Source of the DNA: Octopus vulgaris | Taxonomy: Eukaryota | Direction of reading: 5' to 3' | Assembly: GCA_951406725.2 (NCBI GenBank) | Contig: OX597818.1 | Coordinates: forward strand, 100,874,001-100,938,000 | DNA length: 64,000 nucleotides | Shown here: positions 14,807 to 26,255 of the stretch, one piece after another | How positions within the stretch are numbered: position 1 is the first letter of the stretch | Layout: each line of letters starts with the position of its first letter | Notes under the pieces: model-generated | What the model was told of the DNA's origin: nothing | The model's input: only the letters and a program-made list of their open reading frames with translations | The model's database searches: none | Translations under genes and position numbers: made by a program

Positions 14807-15232
14807 GATTCTGAACACATCATAAATAAACTACCAACCTTACGTAGCGAAGACGACCAGACAACTGATCACTCCGGCCAAGCACATGGAATGTTTATAA
14901 ATCATATATCCGGTAAATGGCGGGCTTTTTACGAACTGCATGTCGGGTAATAAAAAGTATTTCGGAATAAGTTTAACAATTAAGGATAACCTCTTAATAA
15001 GGAATCTTAACAAGAAATTATCGGGTAGTTAGCGTGAAAACCTCATAAAAGAAAAGAATTCGAAAATAATTTTTTTTTCTTTTGAACAAATTAATTATAT
15101 CTATATTGTATAGAGGGCATTATTACACATAAATGCCTCACACTAAGAGGGACTAAGTCATTACTACCAAAATTATACTAATCATACCCAAATGCAGTTT
15201 TTCCAAAGCAAGACATTTAAAAAAATGAATTT

Positions 15233-15290
15233 AGTTCTGTATCACCGTGATTTCACATTCAACTTGCGTCTTATGATCCTCAGCAGAACT
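15233..15290 (-). ncRNA. Type I hammerhead ribozyme fold, copy 3
   Basis: Identical to copy 1. Confidence 0.72.
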
Positions 15291-15716
15291 GATTCTGAAC
15301 ACATCATAAATAAACTACCAACCTTACGTAGCGAAGACGACCAGACAACTGATCACTCCGGCCAAGCACATGGAATGTTTATAAATCATATATCCGGTAA
15401 ATGGCGGGCTTTTTACGAACTGCATGTCGGGTAATAAAAAGTATTTCGGAATAAGTTTAACAATTAAGGATAACCTCTTAATAAGGAATCTTAACAAGAA
15501 ATTATCGGGTAGTTAGCGTGAAAACCTCATAAAAGAAAAGAATTCGAAAATAATTTTTTTTTTTTTTGAACAAATTAATTATATCTATATTGTATAGAGG
15601 GCATTATTACACATAAATGCCTCACACTAAGAGGGACTAAGTCATTACTACCAAAATTATACTAATCATACCCAAATGCAGTTTTTCCAAAGCAAGACAT
15701 TTAAAAAAATGAATTT

Positions 15717-15774
15717 AGTTCTGTATCACCGTGATTTCACATTCAACTTGCGTCTTATGATCCTCAGCAGAACT
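15717..15774 (-). ncRNA. Type I hammerhead ribozyme fold, copy 4
   Basis: Identical to copy 1. Confidence 0.72.
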
Positions 15775-16343
15775 GATTCTGAACACATCATAAATAAACT
15801 ACCAACCTTACGTAGCGAAGACGACCAGACAACTGATCACTCCGGCCAAGCACATGGAATGTTTATAAATCATATATCCGGTAAATGGCGGGCTTTTTAC
15901 GAACTGCATGTCGAGTAATAAAAAGTATTTCGGAATAAGTTTAACAATTAAGGATAACCTCTTAATAAGGAATCTTAACAAGAAATTATCGGGTAGTTAG
16001 CGTGAAAACCTCATAAAAGAAAAGAATTCGAAAATAATTTTTTTCTTTTGAACAAATTAATTATATCTATATTGTATAGAGGGCATTATTACACATAAAT
16101 GCCTCACACTAAGAGGGACTAAGTCATTACTACCAAAATTATACTAATCATACCCAAATGCAGTTTTTCCAAAGTGTGAGGCATTTATGTGTAATAATGC
16201 CCTCTATACAATATAGATATAATTAATTTGTTCAAAAGAAAAAAATTATTTTCGAATTCTTTTCTTTTATGAGGTTTTCACGCTAACTACCCGATAATTT
16301 CTTGTTAAGATTCCTTATTAAGAGGTTATCCTTAATTGTTAAA

Positions 16344-16382
<39 letters not shown>

Positions 16383-16584
16383 ATCTGGGTACAAGGCAGT
16401 AGATATATTGGTAAAATACGATGTGTCTATAGTTCTGGTATCACTTGAAGATAGAATGGCATTTTTCAATATTATGTTCTGTCATAAGTAGTGGGCTACA
16501 TCATGTCTAGTTCATAAGGCACATCACATTCAGTCCGCTACACACACAAACACACAAACACAAACACACATACACACATATATA

Positions 16585-16952
16585 TCTCTCTATATATAAA
16601 TGCCAAAATGTCTGTCTGTGTGTGTGTATCCTTTATACAAATCCACAATGTTTCAGTTAGAGGGATGGCACTTTCTATGGTCATTCAAAACCGTCCAAGG
16701 GTGGTCGTGCACATCTTTACATATCCCTAGTCACCCCGCAAAGCCATTAAAATCAATAGAAGTGACTTATTTGTGAATTTTCTATCCAAATTAAAATCAA
16801 AATGTCCGAAACTTGATACACCAATTGAATGCCAGCTAGCTGTATGTGATTGGTCGGAGATTTGGACAGTACTCGTGTGTATGTGTGTCAACACGCAGCT
16901 GTATATGCATGCACTAGCACTATGACCCGGCATTGCCGGGTCATAGTGCTAG
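16585..16952 (+). mobile_element. Non-autonomous Helitron
   Basis: 5' TC start followed by a GTCT/GT microsatellite; 3' GC-rich hairpin ending in CTAG before T; no TSD seen. Confidence 0.72.
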
Positions 16953-18180
16953 TTATATATATTATTATTTGATTGAACGCCACGCAACCATTTCCAAGTA
17001 AGTTTATCTTTATCATTTTGATGCGACTTAAGAACTTAATATAGTAGGTTTTAGCAGTAACATAATTAGCATCATAACAACATCAGTTAAATCACAACTC
17101 CCCTCTCAATTTATACACGGTGATCTTGAAAAACGTCACTCTAAATTTCGATAGAGGAAAGGCATGGCAAGTGTGTCTGCAAGTCACCTTATCATACGTT
17201 TGTAAAATGAAGTCTTGAATTGAAAGAAACATTATTGCGGTAATCTACCATAATTTTACATTCTCCTGAGAAGTATTATAAGTTTTTGTGATTGTGAGAT
17301 ATAGCTGAAATGCTGTGAAGAGAAGATAGTTCTATGAATGACTTTCTTTAAAATTACGATGGATTTTAATACAATAAATTTGAAAGTTTATTAGAAATTC
17401 ATGAGAAACGTTGCGGATGTTCGTTTCGCCGACGGAAAAGAAAGACAGAAACGAAAGTAATTATGAGAAAAAGAAAAACTGCACAGGGCCATGTGATTCT
17501 TGCATTAACTGATATTTACAGTATGCTGGTTGGATATGAAAGTCACATATTTAATTGACACAATTTCCTGAGATTAATAATGTTATTTATTCATTATTTT
17601 GTGGAACTCATTAGCAATAGCCCTGTATAAACTTTAGAAAATTATCACAACACTTGATATCATCCACACACATGTATATAGTGTATATCTGCACGTCTGC
17701 TTTTTGATATACTTATGCATACATAGATGTATACACATATATTTACATTTTGATGTATATATACATATACACACATGTGTGTGTGTCTGTGTGTGTATAT
17801 GCTTGTGGAAATATGTATATGAACCACCAAGATTTGTCGCAGATATGAGAGTTTCATATGATGGATACTGTGGAACGTAAAAATATAGTAGTATTGATTG
17901 CTCGCTAATGAGATAATCAATTATTGTGAAAGCTGTATAATAATGCGTGAGTTCTTTTTTTACTAGAATCAAATGCATTACTGATATGTTTTTTTTCTTT
18001 TCAAATATTCATCTTGACAATTATGGTAATATGACGTAGATTAAGTCTATGTGGCTAGGTACAAATTTAATTAAAAAATATTGCTTTCATTATCTATATT
18101 TCCTCAGGAAAGAATACACTTCGAATATCTTATGTAATTATTTTAAACAATGGCTGCAACCAATATGTATACGTATATAC

Positions 18181-18250
<70 letters not shown>

Positions 18251-18974
18251 CATACATACATACATACATATATATATATGTACATATATATGTATGTATA
18301 TATGTATCTATGTATGCTTAAGTGTCCTGTGTATGAGTATGTTTGTGTGTGTGCGCGCTTATGTGTACACAGGGAAATAAACACAAGTAGGTTGAAGAGG
18401 ATATTTACATGGAATACATAAATAAACTACATTTTGCTGAAGGTCTCAAAGCTTAACGATTTTATTACTACTTATGGTGTTACTCACACCAACGGCATCA
18501 CTCCCATATTACTTATAAATGTAGTAACTACATAAGTTATAATACCCTCGAAACAGCTGTCAAGATAAGACTCTACCAAATATTTCTTGTTTTCTCTATT
18601 AGTCCATGCGTATATTTCATTCGCTCTAAATGCAGGCTTCCACTTCCCTGCCGTTATCAGCCTTTTTTCCTCCAAAATCGATGAATAGGTAATGTTATTA
18701 AAATCCATAACAGCGGGATAATTTAAGATTTTTAAGAATGTTGAGGCGCTTATCATGGACGAGACCGTTGGCAATTGAGCTAGCATCAATTTAAACACCA
18801 TTTATGATTACTAAACCACGTTTATCTTGAGGTTAGCCACTTATTGTGTGTGTGTCTATATATAGCAGAAACTATCGTCTAAATTACGCAAAAGTGAAAA
18901 CATCACTGACACCTCATTTTAACAGATAGGTTTACCAAAATTACATGAAAATATCTTATAATGATAAAGAGTAC

Positions 18975-19640
18975 ATTTATTTAATAAAATCTTCATTGGT
19001 TTGAATCGTGACCTCCAGACGACTTTGGAAAAGCCAGCAATTCTTCTGCAGGGTCTCCTTGCTTAACTTGGTGATTGCTGCCATAACCCTTGCATTTAGT
19101 TCATCTTTGGCGCTCAACCGCGCCCTACACATAACGAACAACTGGATTGCAGACTGGGGATTAGATGGCTTGATGTTAGGGATTATGTGGTCGAATAAAT
19201 TATATAACAGCCATGACTGTGTTCTTCTACAAGTTCGGCATGCCATTGTTCAGAGTGTTATTTCCAGACATAGGATTTTCCAGTAGCTACCCACTTGACC
19301 TAGAGCAGTACTAACTCCTCAAGGCTCTTGATGTAGGCCTCTGTGGCGTGTCTGAGGCCGTGCCGAAAGATGAATGGAGGCATAATGTCGTCACCACTAG
19401 AGATCACTACAAACACAATTATATTGACTGGATGTTTGATTTTTATCACTCTCGGTACATGTTTTAGGGACATGGCAAAGAAACAGTTGTTTTGTGTCTT
19501 CATCATCTGTTCGTACTTGTCCGAATGCCAAGAATTCCAGCGAGTCATTTACAAATTACTAGCAGAGTGAATTGCGTCATGGTGCTGTTTTTTCTCACAA
19601 AATGTGCCCAACCGTTCCTACAACACTCTGTAGTCGAGAA
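18975..19640 (-). mobile_element. Degenerate Tc1/mariner (maT-like) transposase remnant
   Basis: Peptides KHPVNIIVFVVISSGDDIMPPFIF..AYIKSLEE and KDELNARV..FQSRLEVTIQTNEDFIK; frameshifted. Confidence 0.7.
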
Positions 19641-19706
19641 AGTCCAAAAGAATGTGCATGCGCAAAATATAAATATAAAATAGCGACAATTTCCCCATTA
19701 GAAATT

Positions 19707-19782
<76 letters not shown>

Positions 19783-19812
19783 TATCTATATGTACATATC
19801 CATATGTATATA

Positions 19813-19863
<51 letters not shown>

Positions 19864-20457
19864 GTGAAACAAGTTGGGTAAAATAGTACTCGAATACCGG
19901 AGGTAGAGTAATATGCTTTATAATTAAAGCTGTCAAAGCAAAAACAAAGATGTCACGAAAAACCGTTACTCAAGAGTTTGAGTTGCAGTCTTTTGGGATA
20001 TTTTTGTTAAGCATTTGCAGCTCTAATAATACAGTATATAATAATATACTAATAATATAATATATATGTATATAAATATATATGTTTGTATATGTGTATT
20101 TATGTTTCTTTCTATATGTAAGTGTGTGTGTATACATGAGTGGAGGTACGCGTCCGATTCTTTGTGTTGGTGTACTTGTAAGTTTTCTGTATGTCCGTAA
20201 TATATATTGTCATTAATCCTGTTAATATTACTTAAGGGGATCAAATCCTAGATCTATCATGCTGCGGTTGGAACTCATATACGGTAATTGTAATATAACA
20301 CCTTTAAGTCATTTGAGAAGATTAAAATTATATGCATATATAGAATTGTGGAATATATAGACACAAGAAAGTCTGTTATTATCACGAATTGCCGACTGCA
20401 GTGAATAAATAGAAAGCGAAAGCACGATAGTAACATGAAGCTACATGTGAATATATG

Positions 20458-20501
<44 letters not shown>

Positions 20502-20848
20502 TGTATGTACGATGTATATACGTGTGTATATGTGCTATGTCGGTATGAGTGTGTACTGTCGTATGTATGTATCATATGTGGATAATTAGTATGGTTTCTG
20601 CTTACTATTTGCCAAACGTATAGAAACCTCAGGGTAGAGTTTCTAAATATGAATCAAGACTCTGTTAGACAAGTCTTGTATGCAAGTGTGTTAACACAAG
20701 CCGAAACATAGTGAAACGAAAACGTTATAAATAAAAACAGAAAAGTAAAAATAATTACATTACACATACATATGTGCATGGGTCTGTGTGAGTGTGTGTG
20801 TGTGTGTGTACGTGAGCGTATCTGTGAGTGTGTGTATACAGACATGCT

Positions 20849-20879
<31 letters not shown>

Positions 20880-21690
20880 TCATGCATGTATATGCACATA
20901 TGCATGTTTATACATATATATGCATGTATACATATATGTATATATGTATATATGTGTATATATATATACACACATACATACATATATATATATATATTTA
21001 TATACATACACAGCCATGCATATATATATATATGAGCATATGCGTGTGTGTCTATGTGTGTAAATGCATAGAGAGAGTGGAAAATCCTAGCGAAAAGCGA
21101 GTAAGAATTAGAGCGAGAGAGTGAGAGAGGAGGGGAGAGAAGGAGAGAAGAAGGGAGAGTGAGAAAAATGAAAGAGATTGTGAGAAATGGTGAAACAGGA
21201 AGAATTAAAGTCAAAATTAAGATTAGGTTTCCAAAGTGAGAGTTAATATAAAGAAAAAATGATATATACTTTTGGGAAAAGCAATCATTCTTAGAACAGT
21301 ATGTAAAATAAAAATCAAATCTTTATTAATTTTAAGCTACCGCGAAGCCACATAATTATTAACTAAAGTAAAATAATGATCCACTCGCTTCAAAGAATAA
21401 ATGGTTATGGCAGTATAGAAATAAGAATTCTCTTAGCAGATTTAAAGCTTGAATAGCGTATGAGTTATACCGACATATTTAGTGCGAAATATATTAAGAT
21501 GGTAATATTAATTTGAAAAGAAATTAAAAGAAGTATATAGGCCTAGTTGCAGGGAAACCTATTATATATATTTGTGTACAAGTAGAAAACCCATATACAA
21601 ATGCATACATGCATAAATGCATACATACATACTTATATACATGCATATATATATATATATAAATATATATACATACATACACGCACACAC

Positions 21691-21727
<37 letters not shown>

Positions 21728-22828
21728 TGCAGTAATAGCTGCGAGCCAAGCGCTTCACTGATCTCCCTTGGGGCTTCTGATGTGCATGGACACTTTTTTA
21801 GACATGCCATCAGTTAACACTGGGAGACACTCTTAACTAATTTGAGACGCAAAAATAATACAAAGACTCAGGGAAACTCTCGGTGCTAATCTTCTAAGGA
21901 AATACCTATATGCCATATATCATGAAAAATGTGTGTGTGTGTGTTTGTAGTAAATCTAAAAAAAAAAAAACCAAGAACAAACAGAAATAAAAAACAACAA
22001 CGTGAGGACGTAGTACATGTGAAATATTAGCAGACGCTCAAGAGAAGGAAGAAAGATGGTTCAACGTTTCGAGCAAAGCTCTTCTTCACATACAGACGAA
22101 AGTCTAATAGAAAAGGAAGACGAGGGAAGAAAATCGCCAAACATTCACACGTGGAAAACACACACACATATAATTTAACAGACACAACATATATTTTTAT
22201 GTGCTACTTCTAGCTTCATGTAATAAGAACATGCCAAACAATATTCTATAACACGTCTGACGTCTCACAAAGTTAGGAACACGTCTGACGTCTCACAAAG
22301 TTAGGAACATAGCATTACGAACTAAAATTTGAATAAGAGGAGAAACGAGAAAAGGCGAAAGGAAGTAGAAATAGTGGAATGTTAAAACACTAGAAAACAA
22401 TTGGAAAGAAGCAAAAGTGGATAAAGAGTTATCTCTCTTAAACCGTAAATTTCAGGTTGAAAAAATAGAATTTAGTGATGTCCCAATTCTTCAACAGGAA
22501 GTGAGGCATATACTTACAACCGCTGAAAATTTCAAATCTCGAGTTCAACATTGAGTTAGCGATCTTAGATCTGAAAAGGATGTGAATTCTTTCAGCTAAG
22601 CATAGTTTATTGGCAGTAGGCTGAGAGGAGGCGGCGAAAGGAGATGGTGATTTGAAATATATTAATAATAAATTTTGTAGAGGTAGCATTTATAGTAGCT
22701 GTGCCAAGGATGGCAGTTAAAGCGGCAGTAGTTGTACTAACAGGAATAATAATAAAAGTAGTCCTATTACATTTTTCATAACCATTGAATGACGTATATT
22801 GATTATACTATAAACAATATACTTCACT

Positions 22829-23113
22829 CTGTGGTTCTCAACTGCGGTCCGTAAGGACCTTGGGGGTCCATATAAGATTTTTGGCGTCCACTGATACAAT
22901 AGAGTAAATTCGCGGTAATTTTTCAGGGGCCTGAAAAAGTTGTGCTTCAGTTAATTAAAGTTTATGCGCAATAAATTGGTTAAACCTCTACAATTTGAAA
23001 AATGATATAGGAGTGTTTAAACGTCGAATGGTTTTGGGGATGGGTCAACCCAAACACAAGACGGAGGAGTGAATGGGGTTCATATGTAAAAAAAAAACGG
23101 TTGAGAACCCCTG
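22829..23113. mobile_element. hAT-type MITE
   Basis: Terminal inverted repeats CTGTGGTTCTCAAC and GTTGAGAACCCCTG; an 8-bp TSD is not recognisable. Confidence 0.65.
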
Positions 23114-23277
23114 ATTTATTGTATCACAATACCACACGTTTGTTGTCAATCACTGGGTTTCTACATCAGTATTTGTTTTGGGCTGCTGCCCGTCGATTCA
23201 GTCCTTTTCCCCAGCGTAACATGTCTCTCATTGTAATTGTTTTCATTGCTCACCATCAAACATGTAAAATAAACAAT

Positions 23278-23650
23278 AAACAAGAGTATTCAGAGAGCAC
23301 AAACCTCCGCCAAAGCAGCACCAACTTCCCCATAACGATTAGCCAGAGATGTTCTTTTTTTTTAAATGAGAATATCTGAAATAAACTCGACTTCTCTTAC
23401 AAAAGAAAATACTAAAAATCAACCCGACAACTCTCACATTAATTTTTAAAAAAAACAGGAAAAAATAATCCAGAATCCTTGTCCGGTAACGGATCTATCC
23501 CCAAAACAAATCAGTTCATGCCAGTCATGAGGCCAAATATCCCTGAAAGTTTCATCCTTATCCTCCAAGCGTTGCTTGAGATATCTTGTCCACGATTAAA
23601 CAAAAGTGACTGAAAATAATAACTCTGCCTTCGCTAACGGCGGAGGTAGT
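23278..23650 (+). mobile_element. Helentron/DINE-like non-autonomous element
   Basis: Begins AACAAGAG..ACCTCCGCC and ends in a hairpin whose GGCGGAGGT arm is the inverted copy of that subterminal motif. Confidence 0.55.
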
Positions 23651-24995
23651 AATTAATCTTTATATAATATATGTGGAAATAAACCACAATTGTTCAAGTT
23701 GTAATAAAAAATATGTGATATAACATGGAAATATATGTTACCAAAATTAATCATCGAAACTACAAATAAAACCCATTTAACTCAACCTAGTTCATGTGAG
23801 GTCTTGTGGGGGTGTCGGAATAACCAAATAAATTCAATCCTATTTCGTACTATGTTTGGCAGTGTCATTAGCAAGGTGATAGAGTACATACTCTATGGAA
23901 TTTTCTCGTACCAAGGTTGTCAAAATTAATAGTTAAACTTATCCTGGCCAACGACAATGCCTGTGTGCACGTCATTAACACAACGGATACCATAAAGATG
24001 AGTGAAAATTCAGAATAGTTTGTAAATTCCTCGAATATATTTGTTTCTCTTTCTCGGCACGGAAAATCTGGATGCACGCATATATGGTGTTGTCGATGAA
24101 GTGTTTTTCTCATAGGCGTGTATATATCTGGAAATTTAAAGAGCAATATCAACCAACACTGTGTAGTAGATATCTTCGATTTGCACTAAATAATGGTTAG
24201 TCTACTTTATAATTTGCTATAAAAGTTAATGGAAAAATATCATTGAATCAGGTGCGTATCTCTCGGAATTCTACTTGAATTGTCGAACAACAGCCAGTTT
24301 AGACAATATGTGAGAATCAGCTTCTTGGTACTTTGATAGCTTTCAAAGACATGACCATTAGAATCAGCAGGCCGACGTGATGAGTGCTTGTGTGTATGTA
24401 TAGATATATCCTCACCCATACAAACACATATATTCCGGTATTAGTTCAATCTATCGTCTACATTGTATAAGTTACATTGTTTCATACGTTCTTGTCTGCA
24501 AATCTAAGCATCTAAGCTTTTTCTCTCTTTCTGCCAGGTTTTTGGATGTTTATATATTTATATTGTGTAAAGATGCAAATTATATATATAGGGACACGAA
24601 ATATATACATTCGTATTTTTCTTTATATCCAGTATGTCTAGATTACTGTACTCCATTGATTAACTTGCAAATTATTGAATTTTTCATTTGGACTGCTCAC
24701 AATTATTTCGTATGTGTTGTAACAGTCATTTACCCTACGAGCTATTCAAAGTTGGAACTAAACCTGCTTGTATTTGCAATGCGAAAGAACATATTAAGTC
24801 AAGTGTCCGATTATATTTTGTTCAATGATAACGTATAGGATGTTCGAGCTAAATGTGATGATAATTTATGTGTACTTTTTCTGGAAAAGCTTCATATATT
24901 GCCGAACAGACAACGGCGCCGGAGAGCATACATATTACGTTGTAGTTGAGAAGTTAATTGTATCGTGATGATTTTTGCCCTGTATCAAAATACCT

Positions 24996-25224
24996 ATTTC
25001 TTTACTACCCACAAGGGGCTAAATACAGAGAGGACAAACACGGACAGACAAACGGATTAAGTTGATTACATCGACCCCAGTGCGTAACTGGTACTTATTT
25101 AATCGACCCCGAATGGATGAAAGGCAAAGTCGACCTCGGCGTAATTTGAACTCAGAACGTAGCGGCAGACGAAATATTGCTAAGCATTTCGGCCGGCGTG
25201 CTAACGATTCTGCCAGCTCGGCGC
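24996..25224 (-). mobile_element. tRNA-derived Nin/Deu-domain SINE, second copy
   Basis: Closely similar to 4413-4640. Confidence 0.8.
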
Positions 25225-25529
25225 CTTCCTGTATCAAAATACCGACAGTACGATTGCTACTCAATGTTTTGTGAACACTGTAAAGCCGGCAAGACGTGGT
25301 ATAGACAACTGTAGCAGTCACTACAAAGCCGTGGCTAGCAGGGAGAGACCCGTCAGACCTTCTGACAGCGTCCGCACACCGGTGTTTCTGGGACCACTGA
25401 TGAACATACCGCTAAACTCAATTCAGATTGCTATGTGGATCTGCGGGAGTCGGCGGTGAATCCCTGATTGAAGGGTGTTACTTCTTGGAGGCCATAAGCG
25501 TGTCAGCAAGATACAGATCCTTGGAATAC

Positions 25530-25710
25530 TTCAGAAAAGAGTCAGACTTTGTTGAAGGAGATTTTCTACGTCTTCACCAGTTCCACTTTCCAGACTTTTA
25601 ATTCGCCGATTATAACCCCTTCAATTACTATGTGTTGAGGGTGCTTGAGAAAAACACCAGCTACCCTGCCTGCAAGACGAAGGCCGAGCTGTGACCAAGA
25701 TAAAGGATAT
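25530..25710 (+). mobile_element. Mariner/maT transposase C-terminal fragment
   Basis: Reads approximately SP(D)YNPFNYYVLRVLEKNTSYPACKTKAEL across a frameshift. Confidence 0.5.
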
Positions 25711-26079
25711 GATATGGGATATTGTGTTTTCTTTGCCTTTCATGTATACTGTCAAATTTATACCGAACACACTGTGTTTTCTTCCAGTGTATACACGTGT
25801 TTTATTCCAAAAATATACTTAATTGGTGACATTACTTATTACTGGTATGTATTTATGTGTTCCCTTAAGGCTGAAACGATAAGCCGTTGTTAACTGATTT
25901 TCCTTCAAGTAACATTGAGAAACGACATCTACTCTGTATTCATAAGCAGCACATTCAAGGCAAAGTAAGCCACATATCTAGCCTTTCCATGCTGATTACA
26001 TTATCAAGACGAATATACATTTATTTCATCTCCAGTAATGGTTGATTGAATGCAAATAATAAAACTTGGTCTGAAATCT

Positions 26080-26255
26080 TAGCACAAAGCCAGTAATTTG
26101 GGGGATGGGGCTAAGTCAATTACATTGACCCCAATACTTATTGTACCGACGTCGATCATCGGAAGGTAATGTCAAACTCAGCGGAATTTGAACTCCGAAC
26201 CTAGAAACAAGAAATGCGCTAAGCATTTTGCCCAGCGCAGTAGTGATTTTGCCAA
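26080..26255 (-). mobile_element. Degenerate SINE related to the Nin/Deu-domain family
   Basis: TAAGTCAATTACATTGACCCCA and GCGGAATTTGAACTCCGAAC match blocks of 4413-4640. Confidence 0.6.

Larger units (their letters stand above)
14135..16348 (-). mobile_element. Tandem array of ~484-bp hammerhead-containing units (about 4.2 copies) plus an inverted terminal partial copy; Penelope-LTR or retrozyme-like
   Basis: Near-identical units (the same 80-aa ORF recurs at 14225, 14708, 15192, 15676). 16174-16348 is the reverse complement of part of the unit. (TA)n on both flanks. Confidence 0.85.

Noticed and set aside
14225-15918. Four copies of an 80-aa ORF as a tandem gene family
   Set aside because: Conservation simply reflects DNA unit identity; no recognisable domain; the structured signal is on the opposite strand.
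22060-22092. Minus-strand hammerhead-like GAAGAGC-TTTG-CTCGAAACG (similar at ~11797-11820)
   Set aside because: Core lacks CUG and stem I cannot be formed; at most a dead Penelope-type relic.
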